Source: Octopus sinensis (Eukaryota). From it: a stretch of DNA of 64,000 nt. The position numbers and the translations under genes were made by a program. The notes beneath the pieces were generated by a model. That model worked only from the letters and a program-made list of their open reading frames with translations, did not search any database and had not been told where the DNA came from. Positions 1 to 11,594 of this stretch are shown here, one piece after another. The stretch spans positions 42,284,001 to 42,348,000 of the forward strand of contig NC_042997.1 of assembly GCF_006345805.1 (NCBI RefSeq), in the 5' to 3' direction. The first letter of the stretch is position 1, and the number at the start of each line of letters is the position of its first letter.

Positions 1-568
1 AAGCAACGATTTCTTTACCGAATTGTTACTGGCGACGAAAAATGGTGCCTGTACATCAATATGAAGCAGCGTAAGGAATGGTTTAACCCCGGTAAACAAG
101 CGACACTGCGTGTGAAACAAGATCTATGTTCAACAGATGGAACAACTCAACACGGCTATTCAAGAGAAAAAAACCTAATTGGCAGCATGGAGTTCTTCTG
201 CTGCACGACAATGCCTGCCCTCATATCGCCAATATGACCAAGGAAGTCATTCAAACGCATGGTTGGGAAGTGCTGCCACACCTGCCGTACTCTCCTGATT
301 TGGCACCAACGGACTTCCACCTCTTTCGATCTCTTCCAAATGCTATACGCAGAGTTTCAATACTGATGCAGAATTGAGAGGTTGGTTGGATCAATTTTTC
401 GAGTCGAAATCAGGTGATTTCTACCAACGAGGTATTGATAATCTTGTTGAACGTTGGGAAGAAGTTGTAAACAACAAGAGTGAATACATCATTGATTAAT
501 TAGTTGTTATTTTTTATTAAACCTTTCAAAAATTTAAATTAAAAGAACGGCGGGAAATTAGTTGCCAA

Positions 569-570
<2 letters not shown>
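1..570 (+). mobile_element. Mariner (DD34D) transposon remnant, 3' part, running off window start
   Basis: Frame 1 reads RIVTGDEKW; ORF 126-377 has LLLHDNACPH and YSPDLAPTDFHLFRSL; after a frameshift it ends FYQRGIDNLVERWEEVVNNKSEYIID* (~499). The segment between the first two motifs is deleted. A TIR-like end (cggcgggaaattagttgccaa) abuts (TA)n. Confidence 0.9.
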
Positions 571-626
<56 letters not shown>

Positions 627-715
627 CATGCATATATGGGTACAGAACATCACCAACGGTTCAAACAACATGAAATACGTAAACAACGAGAAAAATGGAG
701 AACATCACAAGTAAG

Positions 716-2263
716 CGCAACGCCGCGCATCCAATCGACTTCGGAGTCTCCTGCAACTCTTCTGGACAGTCTCCTTGTTTAAGTTGATGAATGCTGCCAT
801 AAACTTTGCCTTCAGTTCATCTTTGGTGTTACAAGGAGTTTTGTTGCTATCTCACTCAACTGTGCCCCACACATAATAATCAAGTGGGTTGCAGTCTGGG
901 GAGTTAGATAGCCAGGGGTGATGTGGTCGCAGAAATTGTCTGGCAGCCACGACTGGGTTCTCCAGCTTGTGTTTCATGGTGCAGAGTCCTGTTGCCAGAT
1001 GTAGGGTCTTCCAGCAGCCACCCTCTTGACCCAGGGCAGCACTACCTCCTCCAGACACTTGATGTAGGCCTCAGTGTTGACGCTGAGGCCGTGTGCAAAG
1101 ATGAACGGAGACATAACTTCGCATCACTTGTGGTCACTCTAAACACCATGATATTGACTGGATGTTTGATTTTTATCACACCCGGTACATATTTTGGGGA
1201 CATGGCAAGCCTACAGTTGTTCAGTGCGTTCACCATTGATCCTGGCAGAAATTTTTCTCGTCTGAGAAAAACCAAAGCATGTTCGGTTGGAGGGGATGCT
1301 TGAGTTTGTTCAAAAGCTTCATAGCGGGGTCTTTAGTGGAGGCGCAATGACCCAGTGGTTAGGGCAGCGGACTCGCGGTCGTAGGATCGCGGTTTCGATT
1401 CCCAGACCGGGCGTTGTGAGTGTTTATTAAGCGAAAACACCTAAAGCTCCACGAGGCTCCGGCAGGGGATGGTGGTGATCCCTGCTGTACTCTTTCACCA
1501 CAACTTTCTCTCACTCTTTCTTCCTGTTTCTGTTGTACCTGTATTTCAAAGGGCCGGCCTTGTCACTCTCTGTGTCACGCTGAATATCCCCGAGAACTAC
1601 GTTAAGGGTACACGTGTCTATGGAGTGCTCAGCCACTTACACGTTAATTTCACGAGCAGGCTGTTCCGTTGGTCGGATCAACCGGAACCCTCATCGTCGT
1701 AACCGACGGAGTGCTTCCAGCGGGGTCTTTCCTCTTGTCCTTGATGGCTTGGAATATAAATTGGCCCTTTCTCATCTTGTATGAGGAATACCAAATGTCT
1801 TCATAGACCACTTGCCTGATAAGAAACTCAGACACTCTCATGTCCCTGACGATGGACCCGATTGACTTGGAGGGATGGTTGTCTACGATGGTCTGGATCT
1901 CATCAGCAAATTCAGGAATTCTTTTCTTATGAGAACGATCAGAGTGAGTTTTCTGAGCTGCCGTACCATCGAAATCACCATTACACTCATCCGACTCCTT
2001 CCAAATCCTCTGCACTCTTCTCAGATTGACACCCAAACACTCTGAAGTGTTCGTATTGGAGCTTCCGGTGCGAATGCCAAACAGTACAGCATGTCGTTTC
2101 CAAATTTCTGATAATAGTGAATAGCGCCATGGTATTGTTTTTCTTACAAACGGTGTCCAACTGACCCTACTATACTGTGTAGTCAACAAAATAAAAAAAT
2201 AAACAATGCACATGCACAAAATTAAAAAAAATAAAATGGCAACAATTTACTCATCACACCCTT
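716..2263 (-). mobile_element. maT/DD37D-type Tc1-mariner transposon, pseudogenised and interrupted by a SINE
   Basis: Minus-strand N-terminal HTH region (ORF 1650-2219), then KHPVNIMVF, WQQDSAP* and SPDCNPLDYYVWGTVE with stops and frameshifts. One terminal repeat (aaaatggcaacaatttactcatcacaccc, 2233-2261) is next to TA; the other end is truncated. Confidence 0.85.
1335..1718 (+). mobile_element. tRNA-derived SINE, family A, full length
   Basis: Head with A box (tgacccagtggttag) and B box (gtttcgattcc); tail ...aaccgacggagtgcttcca; 12-bp TSD agcggggtcttt at 1323-1334 and 1719-1730. Confidence 0.92.
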
Positions 2264-2557
2264 TATATATATAATATATATATATATAATATATATAATA
2301 TATATATATATAATATAATAATAAATATAGGGAATAAATCCAAATTTACAGGGAAAAAATCAGATTTAGGATTAAATCCAATTTTATAGTAAAATATTAT
2401 ATAATATTAATTCGAGACAAAACCACTATTTTGCAAAACAAACAAGGAAAGACTTAATCAATACATAAAAATTTTTAATATAAAGAAATAAACCGCCACT
2501 ACAATCGTTTCATGTCTTTATGATTTATAAATTAAAACAGATTAGGAGATCGAAAAT

Positions 2558-2600
2558 CCACCTGACGAATGTCATTGAAGACATGAAACGATTGTAGTGG
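2558..2600 (+). ncRNA. Minimal type-I hammerhead ribozyme, copy 1
   Basis: ccac-CTGACGA-atgtc(attgaa)gacat-GAAAC-gatt-GTA^gtgg: helix I ccac/gtgg, 5-bp helix II, 2-bp helix III, GUA triplet; predicted cut after 2596. Confidence 0.8.
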
Positions 2601-2691
2601 CGGTTTATTTCTTTATATTAAAAATTTTATGTATTGATTAAGTCTTTCCTTGTTTGTTTTGCAAAATAGTGGTTTTGTCTCGAATTAATAT

Positions 2692-2723
<32 letters not shown>

Positions 2724-2963
2724 ATAATAAATATAGGGAATAAATCCAAATTTACAGGGAAAAAATCAGATTTAGGATTAAATCCAATTTTATAGTAAAA
2801 TATTATATAATATTAATTCGAGACAAAACCACTATTTTGCAAAACAAACAAGGAAAGACTTAATCAATACATAAAAATTTTTAATATAAAGAAATAAACC
2901 GCCACTACAATCGTTTCATGTCTTTATGATTTATAAATTAAAACAGATTAGGAGATCGAAAAT

Positions 2964-3006
2964 CCACCTGACGAATGTCATTGAAGACATGAAACGATTG
3001 TAGTGG
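2964..3006 (+). ncRNA. Minimal type-I hammerhead ribozyme, copy 2
   Basis: Same sequence as copy 1; predicted cut after 3002. Confidence 0.8.
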
Positions 3007-3096
3007 CGGTTTATTTCTTTATATTAAAAATTTTATGTATTGATTAAGTCTTCCTTGTTTGTTTTGCAAAATAGTGGTTTTGTCTCGAATTAATAT

Positions 3097-3119
<23 letters not shown>

Positions 3120-3148
<29 letters not shown>

Positions 3149-3220
3149 AATACACCTGCTTGTTGTTCATACACCTGTCTTTGTCTTTTGTTTTTCTGTT
3201 AATTTCAACTCTCTCTCTCT

Positions 3221-3282
<62 letters not shown>

Positions 3283-3331
3283 GTGTGTGGTGTGTGTGTG
3301 TGTGTGTGTGGTATTATATATATATATAGAT

Positions 3332-3363
<32 letters not shown>

Positions 3364-3435
3364 CTAATACACCTGCTTGTTGTTCATACACCTGTCTTTG
3401 TCTTTTGTTTTTCTGTTAATTTCAACTCTCTCTCT

Positions 3436-3500
<65 letters not shown>

Positions 3501-3538
3501 GTGTGTGTGTGTGTGTGTGTGGTATTATATATATATAT

Positions 3539-3545
<7 letters not shown>
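3120..3545. repeat. Tandem duplication of a ~235-bp unit: (GA)n, 65-bp core, (TA)n, (TG)n
   Basis: gactaatacacctgcttgttgttcatacacctgtctttgtcttttgtttttctgttaatttcaac occurs at ~3144 and ~3362 with the same flanking microsatellites. Confidence 0.85.
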
Positions 3546-3612
<67 letters not shown>

Positions 3613-3937
3613 TATATATATATATTACATACATTCACACACGCACAGATATATATATATATACATATATATATACATACACGTACATATGTATATATTT
3701 TTAAGCACGCACGCATACACATCATCATCATCATCATCTCCAAATATTTTTATTAACGTGGTTGCTATCTTCTATGTTAATTCAAGTATATTGTTCTGAG
3801 ACTTCGCCTTGCAATGCCTGTGGTGTAACAGGATAATAAAACGACTTGACCCCGTTCCTGTCGTGACTATCAACACTGAATGATTCAACATTGAAATGGA
3901 TTCATGTGATTTGATGTTGACGATAACGTCATCGTTG

Positions 3938-3979
<42 letters not shown>

Positions 3980-5439
3980 CTCTTGTTGTCGTCGTTGTTG
4001 TTGCTGTTTAATGTTTCCTTATCGCATTGTTGATTGTATATCTTACTTTAATAGTTAGGGTGTAGCAATTATTGTAAATAATACATGAAACAGGGCGTGC
4101 TTACACATTATTCAGAAGGTAAACTCGGACTACGTTTTACAAATTGAATGTTATGTTGCTAATTTAAAGAACAGTAATTTGTATTTATAAATAGTTATGA
4201 AATCGAAAACTCGTATAACATACCCAAAATAAGTGTCCTCCCCACCGGTAAAATAGCGCTTGTTAGGAGTGAATGGATTTGGTGTTTGCAATGAAGAATG
4301 ACATCGCCGTCGTCATGTACCGCACGCTATTACAACGCGTTGATGACGCTGCACCAAGGGGGTGCTTGAGGGGCACGTGCCCTCCTCAAGAAAAGAAGTG
4401 CGCCCTTCTAAATAATGTTATTATGCCCTTTTTTCCTGGAATTGAATTCCCTTCTGACCTTGAGCCCTTCCTTCGAAAAATTCTCGGGCCCACGCTTGCC
4501 AATGAAGGGCGTCTTCTCACATTGAATGAAGCGTTACTTCGCTCTTACTTACAGTGTTTTCTTGGCAAAGATATTGGGGGTGGTTATCCATTGACTTACC
4601 CAACTAGATGGCCGTTGACCCACAAGGAGCTCATCTCCTCTTCGGCAGGTCTTGCTTTTAGTCCTCTTGGGTGTCCATACATCCTCCTCACAAGAGTAGC
4701 AAGCTTCTCATGGTAGATGGGAAGCCAGTTTAGGCGCCGGCCACCCGACCATGTAACGGGTGGTTCATGGTATATGTAGCAGGTCTCATCAGCCTTTGGT
4801 ATCCTTGACCTGACCATAAAAATAATGTACCATGTTTTATTATTGTAATAGAATGGTTTCTTAGAGTCAGCGCATTATGTTTTTGGTATGTAGAATATGT
4901 AGTTTAATATCAGTAGTTTATTTAGCCCCGAGTTGACTCTGATCCTGCAGACCTATGATTAAAAGCATCCCAGCAATGCTTATCCAATCTTATTTATCAA
5001 GGATTACATTTAATTTGACTACATGTGATTTGAGAGTGATTTTGCTGCTATTTTTAGCAGATATAGTGACCACATAGAGACCCTTTCGTTGGATCGCGTA
5101 GAATTTTTAATTTACATCATTGGTATACTACTAAAATCAGTCGGTACTTTGTTCAGAATAGTCCCAGCGACTCCATTATATCACAACAGGTTACTGATAA
5201 GCTGAATTCGAGATGAACTCTTCAACCTGGCTACAAAATACGTACGCACGCACGCACACACACATATACATACATACATACATACATACATACATACATA
5301 CATACATACATACATACATACATACATACATACATACATACATACATACATACATACGTACATACATACATACATACATACATAATACATGCATACATAT
5401 ATACACATGCACACAGTTATTATATCTCTAAAAATGTTG

Positions 5440-5792
5440 AAGGCGTGTGAAGGCGCATGGCTCAGTGGTTAGAGCGTCGAGCTAACGATCGTGAGGTTGT
5501 GAGCTCGAATCCCGGACCGGGCTGCGTGTTGTGTTCTCGAGCAAGGCACTTTATTTCACGTTGCTCCAGTTCACTCAGCTGTAGAAATGAGTTGCGACGT
5601 CACAGGTGCCAAGCTGTATCGGCCCCTTTGCCTTTCCATTGGATAACATTTGTGGCAAAAAGAGGGGAGGCTGGTATGCATGGGTGACTGCTGGTCTTCC
5701 ATAAACAACCTTGCCCGGACTTGTGTCTAGGAGGGTAACTTTCTAGGTGCAATCCCATGGTCATTCATGACCAAAAGGGGTCTTTACCCTTT
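5440..5792 (+). mobile_element. tRNA-derived SINE, family B (CORE-like centre)
   Basis: Head tggctcagtggttagagc...gagctcgaatccc; central gagcaaggcactttatttcacgttgctccagttcactcagctg; 11-bp TSD taaaaatgttg at 5429-5439 and 5793-5803. Confidence 0.85.
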
Positions 5793-6352
5793 TAAAAATG
5801 TTGTTCATGGCCTGTTTATCAGAGGTGATGCAGAGGGAAACTAAGGAAATGAGTATCGGATTATAAGAGCAGGTTGGTGGGGACAGCAATTAACAGAAAA
5901 TAACAGGAAAAGGTTTTACACTTTGCAGTTAGATCTAATTTAGAACGAACTTGATTATGGCGATATATATATCGATAAAAGCTTAGCTGCCAATCGTATT
6001 TTCTCGTTACCTGACTACTGTATGAACTTTTTGTTGACAATGATGAGGAGAAAAGTAAGAGATTTATCATCATTGCAGCAGCAAAATTCCCTCAAGAATC
6101 AGAAGATGGGTCAAATTCAAAGCCAGGGCAACAGCAAAAATAAACATACTTAAGGTTACCTAGCAACTACAATAAACAATAACGAAGGTATGCCCTTGCG
6201 TGATTAATACTTCAGTGGACCGTGTGATTTACTTATCGATAACAATAAAACTGATCGAATGAACAAATCTAGCGTAAATTAAGCAGTAGAAGCAAAAACA
6301 CTTGTAACGCATGAGCAGACTCTATCACTTTTAGTACTCATTTAGAGGAACA

Positions 6353-6718
6353 TCTGTTCTTCCTATAATATAGGTTTCAAATTTTGGCTCAAGACCAGCA
6401 ATTTAGGGGCTGGGAGGGGGGGGGCTAAGTCGATTTACATAGCCTCAGTGTTTAACTGGTACTTGTTTTATCGACCCCGAAGGATGAAAGGCAAAGTCGA
6501 ATCCTTTCTACTATAGGCACAAGGCCTGGAATTTGGTGGGGAGGGGACTTGTCGATTACAATTGACCTCAGTGTTTAACTGGTACTTAATTTATCAACCC
6601 CGAAAGGATGAAAGGCAAAGTCGACCTCGGCAGAATTTGAACTCAGATCATAAAGACGGACGAAATACTACTAAGCCTTTCACCCGGCGTGCTAACGATT
6701 CTGCCAGCTCGCAGCCTT
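6353..6718 (-). mobile_element. Family D SINE, dimeric (full copy joined to a partial second copy)
   Basis: Reverse-strand tRNA-like head (ggc.gcgagctggcagaatcgttagcacgccggg) and two copies of the core gatgaaaggcaaagtcga with different tails. Confidence 0.8.
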
Positions 6719-6724
6719 TGATAA

Positions 6725-6775
6725 TTAAATAAATAAATAAATAATAATAACAACAACAACAACAACAACAACAAC

Positions 6776-6812
<37 letters not shown>

Positions 6813-6815
6813 GTA

Positions 6816-6854
<39 letters not shown>

Positions 6855-6857
6855 GTA

Positions 6858-6896
<39 letters not shown>

Positions 6897-6899
6897 GTA

Positions 6900-6962
<63 letters not shown>

Positions 6963-6983
6963 GTAATAGTAATAGTAATAATA

Positions 6984-7057
<74 letters not shown>

Positions 7058-7064
7058 AATAATA

Positions 7065-7106
<42 letters not shown>
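6725..7106. repeat. (AAT)n microsatellite
   Basis: Long AAT tract with AAC, AGT and GAT variants. Confidence 0.97.
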
Positions 7107-7107
<1 letters not shown>

Positions 7108-7595
7108 TCTTTCTATATAGGCACAAGGCCTGAAATTTGGGGGTAGGGGAATTGTCGTTTCACTTGTGTTTATTTTATCGATCCCGAAATGATGAAAGGC
7201 AAAGCCGCCCTCGGCGGAATTTGAACTCAGAAAGTAAAGAGGGATGAAATTCCAATAAGTATTTGTCCCGGCACGGAAATGATTCTGCCACCCCGCCGCT
7301 TTATCCTTACCGTAATACAGATAATAAATGTCACCTATGTCGCCTACATGGCTAATGTAGGGGTGGGGGTCGATTGCTTCGAACAAACTCAAGCCATATA
7401 TACGTATATACATTTATAGATAATATGATATATACATGTCATGCATACAAACGCAAGTTTGACAGTTAAAAGCGGAACTTATTTCATAATAGGAATCCCC
7501 GCCACCCGGTCAATACCCGGTATACGCTCATGTATGTGACATATTTTCTGAAATAATGCGCAATACATTGGTATGCTACTAAAATCAGTCAGTAC
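7107..7595. repeat. Copy 1 of a ~490-bp direct repeat (contains a family D SINE on the minus strand)
   Basis: Near-identical to 11595-12090, with a few substitutions and indels. Confidence 0.93.
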
Positions 7596-8090
7596 CAAAA
7601 ACTGAGCAAATATAAAGATCTTGAAATAGAAATCAGCAAAATGTGGAAGCTGAAGACTAAAACAATACCTGTTGTCATAGGTGCCCTGGGAATGATAGCG
7701 AAAGGGACTGATTGCTACCTAACTCATAAAACCAGGAAACCCCAAAATGGCAGAAATTCAAAAGATAGTGCTCATGGGAACTGCTCATATCCTGCGCAAA
7801 ATACTCTCTATGTAATCCCAAGGTTTAAAACAAAAGTTGGTTTTTTTTATGTATTAGACATTCACTAGTACAACACAAAAGTTGTTTTTTTTATGTATTA
7901 GACATTCACTAGTACAACACAAAAAGTTGTTTTTTTATGTATTAGACATTCACTAGTACAACACACAAAAAACCCAAATATATGGCACACTAGGCATAAC
8001 AACAACGTGAACTTCCAACCTGTTGTCTCTTGAGGTCTCTGGGTGAGACTTGGAGCCAACTTGTACAGACATAAAGCAAAAGTCAAACAT
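7596..8090 (+). mobile_element. R4/Dong non-LTR retrotransposon, short 3' fragment
   Basis: KLSKYKDLEIEISKMWKLKTKTIPVVIGALGMI...; the 3' UTR has a 44-bp unit repeated three times (7831-7963); ends in (AAT)n. Confidence 0.88.
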
Positions 8091-8092
8091 AG

Positions 8093-8155
<63 letters not shown>

Positions 8156-10812
8156 GCTACTGAGCAACAAAAAGAGAACAAAAATGCTCCGCAAATATAA
8201 CATCACAGAAAAAGATTTGCCGGAGATAAAAGAAAAGCTGAAGCAAGATATCCTTGCCAAAGCTCAAAGGATCCGCCGGTACGAGAAACGCCAACGCTTC
8301 TTTGAACAGAACAAAAAGTTCAACTCCGACCCCAGAAAGTTCTACCAAGAACTGGGAAAAAATAAAATAGAAGTCACTGCAGCACCAACGGCAGAAGAAC
8401 TGGAAGAATTCTGGAAAGAAATATGGTCGGCGAACGAACAGCCAAAAAAAAGGAGTATGAAAATAACAAACTCGGCATCTGAACAACTTTGGACCCCCAT
8501 AACAACTGAAGAGGTCACCCAGGCACTGAAAAAACTAAGCAACTGGAAGGCACCTGGGCATGACAAGATCCCCAACTTCTGGTTGAAATATCTAACAGGA
8601 ATGCACAAAAAGCTGGCTGAAAACTTTAACAGCATACTAGCAGAGCCAGAGACAATGCCTGAATGGCTCACGAAGGGGAAAACCATCTTAATTCCCAAAT
8701 CAAATGAAACAACAAAACCAGAAAACTACAGACCAATAACCTGCCTCCCTACTATGTTCAAGGCATTTACTGCAGTGATATCGCAAAGGCTGAACAAGCA
8801 CCTGGACGAAAACAAACTGTTCCCAGAAGAGCAGAAAGGATGCCGCAAGGGCTCATATGGCTGTAAAGATCAACTAATGATTAATAAAGCCGTAACTGAA
8901 GACAGCCACAGAAAGAAGAAAGGCCTCAGTATGGCCTGGATTGACTACAAAAAGGCGTTTGATAGCATCCCCCACACATGGATCCTCGAAACACTAGCCA
9001 TTAACAAAGTAGCACCAACAATCATAAAATTCATAGAGCACTCTATGAATAAATGGCAAACAGTCCTACACCTCCAAACAAAAGAGGGACTCATGAAAAC
9101 CAAAGACATCCCCATTAGAAGAGGAATATTCCAGGGAGACACGCTCTCTCCACTCCTTTTCTGCTTGGCACTGTCACCTCTATCTGATATGCTAAATAGA
9201 ACTGGATGCGGATATAAATGTTACGGCAAAACGATCAGCCACCTTTTATATATGGATTACCTAAAACTATACGCTGCAAATGACAAACAGCTGGAAACAC
9301 TATTAAAGACAGTTCATGGATTTACCAAAGAAATAGATATGAAATTTGGATTAGAAAAATGCGCCAAAGTAACCATGAAAAGAGGAAAACTAGTTAAGAG
9401 TAACAACATCACACTAGATAAAACCAATGAAATAAAAGAATTAGACCAAAGCCAAACTTACAAATACTTAGGAATCCATGAACTAGATAAGACACAACAC
9501 ACACAAATGAAAGAGAAAATAAAAAAAGAATATTATAGACGAGTTATATCAATACTAAAAACAGAGCTCAATGCTAAAAACAAGATAATAGGTATCAACA
9601 CTTTAGCCGTCCCAGTTATAAGTTACAGCTACAATATCCTTAACTGGACACGAAATGAACTGTCCAAAATAGATAGGAAAACAAGAAAAATACTGACAGG
9701 ATCTAGGATGCATCACCCAAAATCTGACATAGAAAGACTATATATACAACGTATAGAAGGTGGTAGAGGCCTTATACAGCTGGAAAACTACTATAAAATA
9801 ACCACCATAGGACTGCAAAAATACCTACTTCAGAAGGAAGGAAAACTGATCCAGATAGCAGCAAAACACGAGCAAAACAAAAAACTGTTCTCAGTATTTA
9901 AGGAAGCTGACAAATACAAACGAGAAATCATACCACCTAATAAACACAAAGAAGAAGAAGAAGATGATGAAGAAACAACAAAAGCTATAAAACAAATGAA
10001 ATCCAAACTAAAAATAGAACAGCAACGAGCCATGATAAAACGATGGCAAGAAAAGCCCCTTCATGGTAAATACTGCACTAAACTAAACGCAAAAGAAATA
10101 GACAAAGAAAAATCCCAGCAATGGTTGAGAAGCTCAGGACTCAAAGCAGAAACAGAGGGATTTTTAATTGCAGCACAAGACCAAAGCCTCCCCACCAGAA
10201 ATTACCAAAAACATGTAATGAAAAGAAATATTACAAGTAACTGCAGAATATGTGGAGATGGACAAGAAACAATAAATCATATTATCTCTAGCTGCCCAGT
10301 CCTGGCTAAGAAGGAATATATTCACAGACATGACAGAGTTGGAACCTACATACATTGGAAGCTATGCCAACATTATGGAATAACAACAGAAAAAAGATGG
10401 TATAGGCACACACCAGAAAAGGTCACAGAAAACGAGAAAGCAACCATACTCTGGGATATGCCGATACACACAGATAGAGAAATTAAGACCAACAGACCAG
10501 ATATAGTTATCAGAGATCATGAAGAAAAAAAAATGCTTTCTAATTGATGTATCAATACCGGCAGATGACAACGTGTCTCTAAAAGAAATGGAGAAACTCT
10601 CAAAATACAAAGACCTGGAAATAGAGGTAACTAGAATGTGGAACCTGAAAACAGAAACAATTCCTATCATAGTAGGTGCATTAGGCATGATAAAAAAATA
10701 TTCAGACAAATACATAACAAAAACACCAGGACTTACAAACACATATAACATACAGAAAATTGCACTACTAGGCACTGCACACATCCTACGCAGAACACTT
10801 TCCATACAATAA
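8156..10812 (+). pseudogene. RT-ZnF-REL polyprotein of the R4/Dong element (one frameshift, YMDD changed to YMDY)
   Basis: WIDYKKAFDSIPH, RGIFQGDTLSPLLF, HLLYMDYLKLYA, KFGLEKCA, CRICGDGQETINHIISSC, RPDIVIRD; frameshift in the A-run at ~10523-10533, then CFLIDVSIP...EKLSKYKDL (ORF 10519-10812). The annotated ORF start at 8043 reads through upstream (AAT)n. Confidence 0.92.
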
Positions 10813-10911
10813 CCATCAGAGCATCACAACAAATCACAGCACATACCCAAGGCACACAGAGCTGCGCTCGGTAGTGAAGTGAATACACGCTATAAAAATA
10901 AAACTACTGAA
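8156..10911 (+). mobile_element. R4/Dong-clade non-LTR retrotransposon, 5'-truncated, young
   Basis: RT, CCHC zinc finger and REL endonuclease in order; both ends embedded in (TAA)n, the known Dong/Rex6-type target. Confidence 0.95.
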
Positions 10912-10940
10912 TGATAATAATAATAATAATAATAATAATA

Positions 10941-11481
10941 GTAACCATTCTGTGGGACTTTCCAGTACATACAGACCGAACCATCAAGGCCAATAAACCA
11001 GATATTGTTGTGAAAGACCAAAACAATAAAGTTTGCTTATTGATCGACATGAGCATCCCCTGTGATCATAATATCTCAGCGAAAGAGTTTGACAAGCTCA
11101 GAAAATATAAAGACCTTCTCATTGAAATTGAGAAAATGTGGCATCTCAAGGCGTTTACAATACCAGTGATCGTAGGAGCACTAGGAATGATCAAGAAGGG
11201 AACCGAAAATTATATGAGAATGATCCCTGGCTTACCATCCCTGCAAGAAGTGCAAAAGATTGTCTTAACTGGTACATCACACGTATTGAGAAGAGCATTG
11301 TCGATGTGAGAACTGTTGCTGCTCATGTATTTTAATTTAACTTTAAAAAAAAAAAAAAATGAACGAACTACTGAGTTTGGTTTAATGGCCTACCAATGTA
11401 TACTATGAGTTTCTTTGCCCTAGGAGTCGGGAAGACACTCGGCAAGAAATGGAAGCAAATTTGAAAGAAGAAAAAAAAAAG
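10941..11481 (+). mobile_element. Third R4/Dong 3' fragment (different subfamily)
   Basis: TILWDFPVHTDRTIKANKPDIVVKD...CLLIDMSIP...KLRKYKDL...VIVGALG; distinct 3' UTR; (TAA)n on both sides. Confidence 0.92.
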
Positions 11482-11521
11482 TAATAATAATAATAATAAT
11501 ATAATAATAATAATGATGATG

Positions 11522-11580
<59 letters not shown>

Positions 11581-11594
11581 CATAATAATAATAA

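Larger units (their letters stand above)
2316..3100 (+). repeat. Tandem pair of ~406-bp (TA)n-flanked units, each with a ~114-bp inverted repeat and a hammerhead
   Basis: Units at ~2316-2690 and ~2722-3095 differ by about one indel. Arms in unit 1 are 2405-2518 and 2578-2690, with a 59-nt loop. Confidence 0.92.

Noticed and set aside
1335-1410. SINE heads (families A-D and the module at 49880) as tRNA genes
   Set aside because: They have A/B boxes but no complete acceptor stem, and they continue into repeat bodies with TSDs or microsatellite tails.
4273-4716. 147-aa ORF as a host gene
   Set aside because: No recognisable domain or splice context; it overlaps GC-rich repeat-like fragments.
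4740-4800. Minus-strand CTGATGA with a gacc/ggtc helix as a hammerhead
   Set aside because: The helix is followed by GGGT instead of GAAA, and no helix III or NUH site fits.
7831-7963. 44-bp repeat x3 (and the 22-bp x3 at 57580) as a CRISPR array
   Set aside because: The units are contiguous with no unique spacers, the context is eukaryotic and there are no cas genes; they are tandem duplications inside retroelements.
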